DNA of 64,000 nt from Squalus acanthias (taxonomy: Eukaryota), in the NCBI GenBank assembly GCA_030390025.1, contig CM059432.1, positions 145,950,001 through 146,014,000 of the forward strand, given 5' to 3'. How positions within the stretch are numbered: position 1 is the stretch's first letter; every line of letters begins with the position of its first letter. The translations under genes were made by a program, and so were the position numbers. Below, in pieces: positions 36,028-47,409 of the stretch. A model generated the notes under the pieces. The model was not told the DNA's origin. It searched no databases and was given only the letters and a program-made list of their open reading frames with translations.

Positions 36028-38756
36028 GCCTGCCATGGTTGAATAGCTGGCAGTGTGTGCAAGGTGTGAGATGTGGGTGTGAGTCTTGCAGCAGTGGTAA
36101 GTGTGTGAGGGTGAGGTGAAGCTATGACTGTGAGGTATGAGTAGTGATTGCTGGAGATTGTTGGTAGGTAAGTGATGGGGGTGTGGTGCATTGAGCAGAG
36201 TGTGAGGCTAGTGGTGCAGATGGTGGGATTTGGCATTTGAAGCTGCATTCACTCACCTTGACCACTCGTGTGAGGTCATTAAACTTCTTGCAGCACTGGA
36301 TCCAGGTCCTGGGGACAACACTCGTCGCACTGACAGCTTCAGCTATCTCCACCCACAGCCTTCTGCTGTTCTGCCGGGAAGGCCTCCTGCCCCTGCGGGT
36401 AGAGGACCTGACGGCGTCTTTGAACCCCCAGGACCAAGGCCTACAGTGCCGCATCTGAAAAGCTCCTCGCCTTCTCTCTTGCCTGTTGGGCCATGGCTTT
36501 ATCCACACTGACAATGAGGTGCTTCTGCAACAAAGCCGCGTCTGATGGCCGAAGTCTCAGCTTCCATTGCAGCACAAGCAGAAGCCACCCAACATGTGAG
36601 TGATGCAATGGAAGCTCAGACTGAAGTCATGCAAGCTCAGCTCACTGCCACGCAAGCACAGACTGCTGCTATCATGGGTGGGTTTGCCAGTGTTGAATGG
36701 GGCTTGCAGGGTGTTACAGCAATTCAGCAATCTGTACTCCGTCAGATTACTAGGATTGCCAAGGTGCTGCCCCAGTGTGTGGCCAATGGATCCGTGGAGG
36801 CCAACCCTGGAGTCCTCTCTAAGGATGACAACATTTGTCTTCCCACCAATGCCACTCCGCCAGTGCCCTTGCTGTTGCCTGTCAGCCAGCCAGCCCAAAC
36901 TGCTCCCGCCCATGCCGAGGCGATGCAGTCTGAAGCCGGGCCTACTAGGCCCAGAGCCCCTCGAGGTCATCCTGCAAGGCCATCTGCAGTCTCCCCCACT
37001 GAAAGTCAGCAGCCTTCCAGCATGCTGCAGCCACTGTGTAGGAGCACTAGGATAGGCAAAGACACATGCAAGACAGTCACTAAGGGAATGCGCAAGGGTA
37101 ATGAGTTGATTTTTTTAATGTAATATTGGATGGATAGATGTATAAAGTTGCATTGGAAGGTTTTCTTTGTGGTGGCTTTTATTTCAGCATTGTGGCCAAG
37201 AGGACACTGTGATGGTCAGTAACAGAGGGAAGGTAAGGTGTGTAACTAATGTTGAATGGGGAATTGTGGTTGCGTTCACTGGTACCACAGGCGGACAAAT
37301 CGATCCTGGATATCCTGGTCAGAAAGGGGCTGAATGGGTTGCCTCTTTTCCTCCGCTTCCTCCTCCTCTTCTTCCGCTCTCCTCCTCTTCTGCTGCCTCC
37401 TTTTCTGCTTCCTCCTCTTCCACCTCCTCCTCTTCCTCCTCTTCCTGTTCCTTGTCCTACTCTTCCTCCTCCTCCTCAGCTTGTGACCTTATCCCAGCTG
37501 GCAAGGGCTGTGCTCTCAGGATGGCCAGGCTGTGGAGAACACAGCAGACCACCAAGAATCAGGACACACGCTCCGGTGAGTAATATAGGGCGCCTCCAGA
37601 GAGGTCCAAGCAGCAGAACCGTTGCTTCAGCACCCCAATGTTCTGTTCTATAATGTTTCGTGTGGCAGCATGGCTCTCGTTGTATGCATGCTGACCACGT
37701 GTGGTTGGGTTGCGGAGCGGAGTCATGAGCCAGGTGGTCAAGGGATAGCCCTTGTCGCCCAGTAACCACACTCTGGTTTGTCTTGGTGGCTCAAGGACTG
37801 AGGGAACAGCAGACTGGCACAGAATAAAAGCATCATGACTGCTGCCAGGATATTCACAATCAAGATGTGCTGAGCCGGTCGCCACCAACTACACATTCAG
37901 CGAGTGGTGAACTTTGCGGTTGCGGTACATCTCAGCATTTAGATACAGTGCCCGCAAAGCCACATGTGTGCAGTCTAGGGTGCCCTGCACCATGGGGAAG
38001 TCCGCTATCCTGGCAAAGCCACATGCACGCTCCGCCTGCTTCTCATTGGTCAGAGAGCAGGCAATGAAATCCCCTCTCCTGGCATAAAGAGCGTCTGTCA
38101 CCTCTCTTATGCAGCAGTGGACGGGGAACTGTGAGATGTTACAGATGTCGCCTGCTCCAGCCTGGAAGGATCCCGACGCAAAGAAATTCAGGGCCACGGT
38201 CACCTTGACAGCCACTGGCAGCGCTGTCCATGTCCTGGAGTGAGGCTGCAGGTCTGGTTGCAAAAGGTGGCAGAGTTCTGTGAGCACCTCCTTCGTAAAG
38301 TGCAGACACCTCAGACACTGCTCCTGGCTCAGGTTGAAGTAAGAGAATTGCTCTCGGAAAACCTGAAAAAAAGGTCTCCTGCTGAGAGCCCCCTTCGCCC
38401 CCTCCTCATCCTCCCTCTGTGAGCAGCTTGTCCTCTTCTTCACTGCCTCTGCTCCATCTCCCTGTCGTGCTGCAGGCCAAGGGGGATGACAACTAGAGCC
38501 CCCATGACTGGGAGCCAGTGGTCTGAGCAGAACCCTTGAAGTCAGAACCAAGACCTTCTCCACTTGCAGCACCACTCCCCGTCACCTCACCAACTTTAAA
38601 CAACTCTAGAAAGCTCGAAACAATTCCACAAACTTACACAGAGCCAGTAGAAATCAAAAAGAAAGTTGTTGATAATCCCTTTAAACAGCACTGGTGGGGG
38701 TGGGCGGGGGGTCCTTCCTGCTGTTGAACACGTGTTCAGCTGTGCAAGGTTAACAC

Positions 38757-38918
38757 CAATGTTCCTTTAATTTTCTTTTTGGGTGCGCGGCCCCTTTAAG
38801 GGGCTGCGCGGCTCATTCAAAATACCTCGCATGCGCGGTTTTTCCTATTTAAAAGCCGATGAGCCGGCTGCACGGGAACTCCACAGCGCTACACGGCCGT
38901 GCAGCTTATAGCTTATTG
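38757..38918. mobile_element. hAT-type MITE
   Basis: TIR CAATGTTCCTTTAA; TSD GTTAACAC/GTTGACAC. Confidence 0.8.
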
Positions 38919-38929
38919 GTTGACACACT

Positions 38930-40567
38930 GGGCCGGATTTTCCGATCGGAGGCTTCCTGCGGGCGGATGCCTCCGATCGGGAAAAATCTATGCACTTACC
39001 TGCTGGCTCCGTAGGTCCCGACGCTTCCGATCCTGGGCCTCTCCTGGTCCGCGCGGGCAGAGGCCCAGGTATCCCAGGTATCCCAGGGGTGGCGCAGGCG
39101 GTTCGCAAGCGCCCCGGGATCACATGGGCCATGGGGAACCAATCAAAGAAGGGAATCCCCCTGCACACTTTTGACAGGTCTCTCTGCACAGATTTGTCAG
39201 AAGTATGAATGGGGATCACATTTAAAAACAGTTAAACATTAAATACATTTTTTTAAAAACCACGGGGGAGAAATTCAGTATCGCCCCATTTGGGGCGCAA
39301 TTATCGGCCGGGCGCAAAGATTAGCGCCTGGCGCTAATTATCGCCACCGACTGCAAACTTGACTTTTATCGCCCCTGGAGGTGATTGGAGCGCTAAATCA
39401 GGTGCTTCACACCTGTCTTAAGGCGCAAAGGCCGAGGAGCGAGGCGCTACCTCAGAGCGCTGGCGAAGCTCATGTGATGTCAGTCAGCAATGGAACACAC
39501 ACATAATGGCACCGGCCAGTTCTTAAAGGGGATGGTTGATCTTGTTTTCCATCCACATCCTGCTCATTGCAGCCTTGAATCCTGGCCTGGAGAGACCTGC
39601 ACATCAAATCTGCTGGAAAGAACAATGGAGAGTACCAGGCAAAGAGCTCAGAGTGCAGCCCCCACAGTCTCTTCTAAATCGATACAAGAAAGGGCAAATC
39701 AAAATGAACCTGCAAAGTGCTGCTCAGTACCCAAAACTCCTTCACACAGCGTTGAATCTCTCCAGAAGTCTCTCTCTCTCTCTCTCTCTCAGAATGCGTG
39801 GTTCAAAAATGGCACCAACAATAAAAGACAGGAAGCGGTCGCCTTTAAATAGCGCTCCCCCAGTCCCTTCATGACTGCAAAATGCTCCCCTCAACCTGTC
39901 GTTGCTAGCGTCAGGCGGTAAGGCAGGGGGCGCCACTCAATATCTGCTCCGGGACGATACCAGGGCGTTGCGCACTCGACTGACGTCACTATCTGCTGGC
40001 GCAGGAGATCGTGGCGGTAGTGTTTAGCGCCGCCACAAAATGTCTAGTTAATTTCACGAGCGGCGCAAACATCGCCGCGCCTGGGCGCTAGATGCTTTGC
40101 GTCCCATTAGCGCCCTCTTAAGGCACTAACGGGAGGCGCAACCAACTGAATTTTTCCCCCCACGTATTTAAAATGAGTTAAAAATAAATAAATAATTAAA
40201 GTTTTTTACGGGGCTAAAAATAAACTTACCTTTTTTTAAAGTATTTTTAAATTATAAATGAGTGAAAAATTTTTTTTTTTTTTTTTATAAACTCTTATGC
40301 TGGTAAAAGCAGGCCTTATGCAGGCTTTTACCAGGCGTAAGATTTCTAAAGGTTTTCAGCGGGCGGAGGTTGTGCAGAAAGCGGAACTCTCCCCCCACAG
40401 AGGCCCTTCTCCCGGGCAGGTGGATGATCTGTCAAGAGGATTCTTCACAGATCGGAAGTGTCGGTTTTCAGCGCATGCACTTTGCACGCCTGAAACCGGC
40501 ACTTGCGAGGCCCCTATGGGTGCGTACACACCTCGTACCCACCCGTGGGGGTCGGAATACCCGGCCC
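38930..40567. mobile_element. Harbinger-type MITE (family of 31526-32267) with nested element
   Basis: TIRs GGGCCGGATTTTCCGA/TCGGAATACCCGGCCC. Confidence 0.85.
39264..40160. mobile_element. Non-autonomous Harbinger derivative
   Basis: TIRs GGGGGAGAAATTCAG/CTGAATTTTTCCCCC; 3-bp TSD CAC consistent with the uninterrupted host copy near 31868. Confidence 0.85.
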
Positions 40568-40747
40568 AGACTGTGTTAGTTCCCAGTGATGACGACGAGA
40601 AAATGGCAGCGCTGGCATCAAATCAGTGTTGCACGCTAAATGAGCTCACATAGATACATAGATACATAGAAGATAGGAGCAGGAGTAGGCCATCCGGCCC
40701 TTCGAGCCTGCTCCGCCATTTAATGAGATCATGGCTGATCCTCCAAT

Positions 40748-43615
40748 TCAGTATCCCGTCCCCGCCTTCTCTCCGTAACCCTTAACCCCTTTTGCCTGTA
40801 GAAATATATCTAATTCCCTCTTAAATATATTTAATGAGCTGGCGTACACTGCCCTCTGTGGCAATGAGTTCCACAGGTTCACCACCCTCTGAGTGAAGAA
40901 ATTCCCCCTCATTTCTGTCCTAAATGGTTTAGCCCTTATCCTTAAATTATGTCCTCTAGTTCTGTTCTCACCCGCCAAGGGAAACATTCCTTCTGCATCT
41001 AGTCTGTCTAGACCTGTCAGAATTTTATACACTTCTATGAGGTCCCCTCTCAATCTTCTAAACTCCAGTGTGTACATCCCTAAACTACATAGTCTCTCCT
41101 CATAGGTCAATCCCGCCATTCCTGGTATCAGCCTGGTGAATCGCCGCTGCACCCCCTCCATGGCAAGAACATCTTTCCTCAGATGAGGCGACCAAAACTG
41201 TACACAGTACTCGAGGTGTGGTCTCACCAGTGCCCTGTACAGCTGCAGCAAGGTATCCCTGTTCCTGTATTCCAACCCTTTTGCTATGAAGGCCAGCATA
41301 CCGTTTGCCTTCTTGATCGCCTGTTGCACCTGCATGCTCGCCTTCAGTGACTGGTGTACAAGAACACCCAGGTCTCTCTGTACTTCCCCCTCTCCCAATT
41401 TATTGCCATTTAAATAATAATTTGCCCTCCCGTTCCTGCACCCAAGGTGGATAACTTCGCACTTGTCCACATTATAGTGCATCTGCCATTTATCCGCCCA
41501 ATCACCCAGTCTGTCCAAATCGCTCTGGAGCTTCCTGGTCTCCTCCTCTGAGCCCACCCCCCCTCCTAGTTTAGTGTCGTCTGCAAATTTGGAAATGCTG
41601 CATCCGACTCCCTGATCCAGGTCATTAATGTAAATTGTGAACAGCTGGGGACCCAGGACAGATCCCTGTGGTACCCCACTTGTTACTGCCTGCCATTCAG
41701 AAAATGAGCCGTTTATTCCAACTCTCTGTTTTCTATCTGACAGCCAGTTCTCTATCCACGTCAATACTTTCCCCTTTATCCCATGAGCTTCAATTTTCCC
41801 TGCTAATCTTTTATGTGGGACCTTATCGAAGGCCTTTTGGAAGTCCAGGTACACCACATCGACTGGCTCTCCCCCATCTATTTTACCAGTTACTCCCTCA
41901 AAAAATTCCAATAGATTAGTCAAGCACGATTTACCCTTTGTAAATCCATGTTGACTCTGTCCTATCCTGTCCCCATTTGCTAAGTGCTCCGCTATTTCAT
42001 CCTTAATGATGGACTCCAGCATTTTGCCCACAACTGATGTAAGGCTTACAGGTCTGTAATTACCTGCTTTTTTCCTACCCCCCTTTTTGAATAGTGGGGT
42101 AACGTTAGCTACCCTCCAATCCATGGGCACTGTTCCCGAGTCTAATGAATTCTGAAAAATCATACTTAGTGCATCCGCTATCTCTAGGGCCACCTCCTTC
42201 AGCACCCTAGGATGCATGTTATCAGGCCCTGGGGATTTGTCCGCCTTCAATCCCTTTAGCTTCCTTAACACCATATCCTTAGAGATATTGACTTGCGTCA
42301 GTTCCTCCTTTGCAAATGTCCCTATTTTTCCCGATATCCCAGGGAGGTTCTTTGTGTCTTCCTTCGTAAAGACTGACCCAAAGTATGCATTTAGTTGGTC
42401 TGCCATTTCCTTATTTCCCGTTATATATTCCCCCGTATCTGACTGCAATGGGCCAACTTTGGTTTTCACCAGTCTTTTCCTCTTGATATACTTATAAAAG
42501 CTTTTGGAGTTAGTTTTTATATTTTCCGCCAGCTTGCTTTCGTAAGCTATTTTGCCCCTCTTGATTAAGCCCTTTGTCCTCCTTTGCTCTATCTTAAACT
42601 GTTCCCAATCTTCCGCTCTGGCGCTTTTTTTGGCTATTTTATACGCCCTATCTTTGGATTTTATGCTGTCTCTAATTTCCCCTGTTATCCACGGTTGAGT
42701 CACCTTTTTAGATTTCCTTTTATGCCAGATTGGTATAAACAATTTTTGCAATTTTGTCATTCTATCTTTAAATGCTTGCCATTGTTTATCTACCTCCAGT
42801 CCTCCCAGGAACGTTGTCCAATCAGACCTACTCAGTTCCCGTCTAATGGCATCATAATTCCCCTTGTTTAAATTCAGGACCTTAGTATCTGAGTCAATTT
42901 CTTCGCTCTCCATTTCGAGTGAGAAATCGATCATGTTATGATCGCTCTGACCCAAGGGTCCCCGTACAACAAGATTACTAATTAGTCCCTTCTCATTGCA
43001 CAGTACCCAGTCCAATATAGCCTGTTCCCGAGTTGGTTCCTCGACATATTGATCCAGATAACCATCCCTTAAACACTCAAGGAATTCCTCCTCCTCATTA
43101 TTTTTACTGATTAGGCTATTCCAATCTATATGTAAGTTAAAGTCACCTATGATGACAGCTGTGCTCTTATTGCACGCTTCTCTTATTTCCCTCGTGATGC
43201 CCTCCCCAACCTCTATTTTACTATTTGGAGGCCTATATACCACTCCTATTAATGTTTTTCGCCCCTCGCTATTTCTTAGCTCCACCCATATAGATTCTGT
43301 ATTAACTGAGTTAATATCCTTCCTTTCAATTGCATTTATCCCTTCTTTTACCAGCAATGCTACCCCTCCTCCCTTTCTTTTTTGTCGATCCTTCCTAAAT
43401 ACTGAATACCCCTGTATGTTAAGCTCCCAGCCCTGCTCACCCTGCAACCATGTTTCCGTAATCCCAATTAGATCATAATTATTAACCTCTATTTCCACAG
43501 CTAATTCATCTACCTTGTTCCTGATGCTTCTCGCATTAAGGTATAAAACCCTCAGGCTTTTTTTATGCTCACATTTTTTATGAATTAGTTTGGCCCTTTG
43601 TTTTTTGTTCCTCAC
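40748..43615 (-). CDS. CR1 ORF2: APE endonuclease plus reverse transcriptase, uninterrupted (frame stays open upstream to about 43714)
   Basis: NARS, ITETW, GDFN and SDH endonuclease motifs; YRPVSL, YLDFQKAFD, GVPQGSVLGP and FADD RT motifs; no stops in 955 codons. Confidence 0.97.
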   Translation of the reverse strand: MRNKKQRAKLIHKKCEHKKSLRVLYLNARSIRNKVDELAVEIEVNNYDLIGITETWLQGEQGWELNIQGYSVFRKDRQKRKGGGVALLVKEGINAIERKDINSVNTESIWVELRNSEGRKTLIGVVYRPPNSKIEVGEGITREIREACNKSTAVIIGDFNLHIDWNSLISKNNEEEEFLECLRDGYLDQYVEEPTREQAILDWVLCNEKGLISNLVVRGPLGQSDHNMIDFSLEMESEEIDSDTKVLNLNKGNYDAIRRELSRSDWTTFLGGLEVDKQWQAFKDRMTKLQKLFIPIWHKRKSKKVTQPWITGEIRDSIKSKDRAYKIAKKSARAEDWEQFKIEQRRTKGLIKRGKIAYESKLAENIKTNSKSFYKYIKRKRLVKTKVGPLQSDTGEYITGNKEMADQLNAYFGSVFTKEDTKNLPGISGKIGTFAKEELTQVNISKDMVLRKLKGLKADKSPGPDNMHPRVLKEVALEIADALSMIFQNSLDSGTVPMDWRVANVTPLFKKGGRKKAGNYRPVSLTSVVGKMLESIIKDEIAEHLANGDRIGQSQHGFTKGKSCLTNLLEFFEGVTGKIDGGEPVDVVYLDFQKAFDKVPHKRLAGKIEAHGIKGKVLTWIENWLSDRKQRVGINGSFSEWQAVTSGVPQGSVLGPQLFTIYINDLDQGVGCSISKFADDTKLGGGVGSEEETRKLQSDLDRLGDWADKWQMHYNVDKCEVIHLGCRNGRANYYLNGNKLGEGEVQRDLGVLVHQSLKASMQVQQAIKKANGMLAFIAKGLEYRNRDTLLQLYRALVRPHLEYCVQFWSPHLRKDVLAMEGVQRRFTRLIPGMAGLTYEERLCSLGMYTLEFRRLRGDLIEVYKILTGLDRLDAEGMFPLAGENRTRGHNLRIRAKPFRTEMRGNFFTQRVVNLWNSLPQRAVYASSLNIFKRELDIFLQAKGVKGYGEKAGTGY

Positions 43616-43689
43616 CCTTTTACCATTTATTTCTGTCTGCCTTTCACTTTCCTCTATTTCACTACATAGGTTTCTAGCCCCCTGCCATA

Positions 43690-44241
43690 CTAGTTTAAAT
43701 GCTCCCGAACTGCTTTATCAAAAATTACCCCGAGAACATCAGTTCCATCTTTGCACAGGTGTAGACCGTCCCTTTTGTATAGGTCACACCTACCACAAAA
43801 CTGGTTCCAATGCCTCAAAAATTTAAAACCCTCCCTCTTACACCACTGCTCAAGCCACGTATTTAGCCTAACTATCCTGTTCTCTGCACTCTTACTAGCA
43901 CGTGGCACTGGTAGTAATCCAGAGATTACTACCTTCGAGGTCCTACTTTTTAGCTTGGCTCCTAACTCCCTAAATTCTACTTGTAGGACCTCTTCCCTTT
44001 TTTTAGCTACGTCGTTGGTACCAACATGTATCACGACAACTGGCTGTTCCCCCTCCCCCTCCAGAATGTTCTGCACCCGCGCCGAGACATCCTTGACCCT
44101 TGCACCAGGGAGGCAACATACCATCCTGGAGTCTCGGTCGCGACCACAGAAACCCCTATCTATTCCCCTTACAATCGAATCCCCTATTACTATAGCCCTG
44201 CCACTCTTTTTCCCTCCCTTCTTTGCAACAGAGCCAGTCAT
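43690..44241 (-). CDS. CR1 ORF1 C-terminal SGNH esterase-like domain (5'-truncated)
   Basis: IGDSIVR, PGA, HVGTND and DGLHL blocks. Confidence 0.9.
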   Translation of the reverse strand: MTGSVAKKGGKKSGRAIVIGDSIVRGIDRGFCGRDRDSRMVCCLPGARVKDVSARVQNILEGEGEQPVVVIHVGTNDVAKKREEVLQVEFRELGAKLKSRTSKVVISGLLPVPRASKSAENRIVRLNTWLEQWCKREGFKFLRHWNQFCGRCDLYKRDGLHLCKDGTDVLGVIFDKAVREHLN

Positions 44242-44559
44242 GGTGCCATGAGTCTGCCTAATTACCATACTTCCAGCGCACACTGCTAACGGCTGCCCTA
44301 CCACCCTCACCAAGATGGCGTTCAGCGCGGCCCACACCAGAAATGTGTGCGCGCTGCTCGGACACCATTTTGGACCCAATTCAGCACCCGTAACGCCAAA
44401 ACAACGGGCTAGGCAACCGAATTTCTGACCTTGATTTGCTATAACCTGTTTTACATTATTGCACAGAGTCAAAATCTACTCCATTGACACTTATCCCACT
44501 TTCATATTTTACTTTTTTATTGAATTGATTTTTTAATGTTGTGATTAACTCAGCTTCAA

Positions 44560-45245
44560 TAGTCAACTGTTTTGGACCATTCCAATACTATAATAGCATT
44601 CCTTATTCCAATGATCACTTGCATGAGAAAGTTATTTCAAACCTCCCCCTTTATCCTTCGAGCTCTAACCCTCCTCATTACCAATTCATCAACCATTCAC
44701 TATTCACTCTCCCAAAATTTTCACAATTTTAAACACTTTCATTAGAATTTGCCCTTAACCTTCTCTGCTCCAGTTAATACAAGCTAGTTTTTAAAATCTC
44801 CCATCATAACGGTATCCTCCCATCCCAGGTATCATCCTCGGAATTCCACACTGCATCTTTTCCATGGATCTAAAGCTCTTTTTATAATGCACACAGTACC
44901 CCTATTGCAGTCTAGCCCAATATAACCAATTCACCATTATTTCCTTTCTTTTGTATTCAGTGGAGGTGAAATTCAACTTTGGTGGGGTGTATAACAGACA
45001 CAGTTCCATTGACGCCCGTTTAATGCCCTGCTGAAATTGAATTTTTATCCCCAACATCTCTGTATATAAAACCCAGAATTCCATTTGCATTTTTTTTTAC
45101 TTGCAATCCCACTTTTAGATCTCTGTGTATCTGTACCGCGAGATCGCTCTATTTCTCTACTTGATTGAAAGTTTTACAGTGAGGTTATAATTCCATTCTA
45201 TATTCTTATTCCCAAAATGTACCACTTCACACATTATTTGCCACG
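44560..45245 (-). mobile_element. Old degenerate CR1 3' fragment, with a small palindromic MITE at about 44962-45051
   Basis: Decayed CR1 motifs (CATCCCAGGTATCATCCT; ACTTCACAC). Confidence 0.55.
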
Positions 45246-45480
45246 TATACATACAATTTTTGGTTAAAAAAAAAGTTCAAATATAGTTTATATTACATTA
45301 ATGCTTAAATGTTCATAAATAAAGTTTATCTCAGTTATTCCAACAAAGTTTTTCTGATATAAGTGGTGAATGTAAAGCAGTAAAAGTCGAGTTTATATTT
45401 TCAATATAAGGTATATAGATAACGCTGCTTCACACTCAGTGCCCACTGTAACAGGTTGGTCAACTGTGGGATTACCGTAC

Positions 45481-45639
45481 CCGTGTATGGTGCCTCTCAG
45501 CAAACTCGGATGTAGCCAGGAACATTGGCAGCCATTTTCTTTCCATCCGCGCTTTTACATATTTTTGCGCCTCAATTAGAACTTCTGAAGAAAACTGATC
45601 ATGGAGCAACTTGCCCCATCCCCCAGCCATCATCATTAC
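45481..45639 (-). CDS. RGS22: RGS22 coding exon: VMMMAGGWGKLLHDQFSSEVLIEAQKYVKARMERKWLPMFLATSEFAERHHTR
   Basis: Acceptor ctctag|GTA, donor CGG|gtacgg, 159 nt; GGWGK.LH and WLP.FLA motifs; not in the supplied ORF track. Confidence 0.92.
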
Positions 45640-47409
45640 CTAGAGAGAATAATGACATTTACGGTTCCTTTCTTTTCCAAAATAAATGCTACAATTAGAT
45701 GATTGTTTTTTCACAATAGGAGTAACTTTATGAAGGTGCACTTCCAGTGCAAAGCTTTCCTCACTGAGAATGTACATTGGGAAATGTGTGTGTGTGCTCC
45801 CCATAACTTCCCATACATTGAAATGAATTGGATTGGCCCAAATACCCAATCTGTGCACTCGGTGCATGAAGCCTTCTGCCGGGAGCATGGTTTCATAGAA
45901 TTACCCCTTACATTTAATTCTCTAACCTTTCAAGTTTCATCTTAAATATATAAATTCTCATTTCTCAACACGACCAAGCACGGAGAATACTTAAGCAAGG
46001 AGAAATCGGTACTTTGAAGGGCTGATTTTAACTTTCGGCGATGGCAGAAATCAGGCGGTAACGTGTCGGCTGCCCGTTGTACAGCCCGCCCAATATTCCT
46101 TTCCACTGAAAGCAATGGAAAGGAAAATCAGCCGGGGTGTGTAACATCAGCCGGTTTGCTACCGCCCACTTTCCGCCATGGTGGCGACCAACAACCCGTC
46201 CTTTAAACTAATATATAGCAAGCAACATGGAATTTACATCTAAGGGCAATTGTATGACTTCCTGATCCTGATTTGGAGCTTCGCCTGCAGGGCAGGGAGC
46301 ACATACAGGAATTTGAGCGTGCATCCCACCCCCTCCCACCATGATCTTAATTGATTTTAATGGATATAAAATCATGGGGCCCGTGTTCCTGAATTCTCAA
46401 TATGTGTTCCCGGTAGCTGAAGCCACATGCCAGGATTGTAAATTTGTAAAATTATTCCTCTAGTCTATTCTTACATTTTTGCTTACATCCCAATCTATCC
46501 CAATGGATACCTATTATTTTGGGGGGTGACAGTAGTGTCATCAATTCCACAATGCACTGGGGTGTAGAGGAGATGTAAAACAATCAAGGCAGATACACAT
46601 AATCATTCCAATAACCAGAAAATAGGACCAGAGCAGTCAAAAGTGAGAGTAGAGGTAGTTAAAGTTCTGTCTCATACGTTGAGGGAGAATATTTTTTGCA
46701 ATAGTCAATAAACAACCTACTTTCTCCTCGAGACCTAAGGTTGATTTTTCCAGAGAAGCCATTAACCCAGTTCATTACTTTATTGGATATGAACTCTATA
46801 AGCTCATTATTTGTACAGTCAATAGTCTCACTAGTTGGAGATCTACCTTGTGCAGAGAGTGAGGAACATCAGGACACCAAAGTCTAAATTTTCTGATTTG
46901 TGTTATTTTAAAGCCAGCGGTAATCCATTAAAGTAACAAAAATCAGAAAATCTAGGTTCAAGAAAGTGAAATGTTGTGAATCATAAGTGACTTCCTCAGG
47001 AAGTCAATCTTCTCCTATTGGAAGAACCGTACCCTCAGACATTTCTAGGGAAGGAAATTTCCCTGTTTTAATAATCCTCCAGCAAACATTACCTCATGAT
47101 TTCTCATATGTTACAGTTTAATGGATTTTCTTAAACAACTTTAAATTAGATTAAGCGTAGTCAAGTGTTAGAGGCCATATATTTGTCCCTGCATATGCGG
47201 CACTCAGCCTTCATTAGCAGAAAAAGGTGCTTCAAAACTATTTAATAAATTATAACTTTAGGTTTCCTTTTAATACTGCCATTTCCCACATGTCACAATT
47301 AATTTCAATGTACATCACCCCTCCATTTTGTAATCCCCTCTGCATTTTGTAAAATATTTGCTCTAAACTAGGAAGATGGACATATGACTCATTCCCATTC
47401 TGTTTTTCA

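Larger units (their letters stand above)
32323..36535. mobile_element. Harbinger, internally deleted and lacking its right end (transposase 5' half + 32781-33365; Myb gene - 33530-36494)
   Basis: TIR GGCCGTGAGATT; same family as 50379-56876. Confidence 0.85.
40648..44250 (-). mobile_element. Young CR1 LINE, 5'-truncated within ORF1
   Basis: ORF1 esterase part, intact ORF2, 3' UTR and (TATGTATC)n tail. Confidence 0.96.
36540..44430. mobile_element. Harbinger lacking its left part (Myb 3' part + 36545-37105; transposase - about 37275-38506), with several nested insertions
   Basis: TLDCTH, SHDAFIL, GDKGY and IIEQNIG motifs; terminus AATTTCTGACC at 44430. Confidence 0.8.

Noticed and set aside
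44251..44472. N-terminal part of the 260-aa ORF 43690-44472
   Set aside because: Chance open frame across the Harbinger end and flank; only the part below about 44250 is CR1 ORF1.
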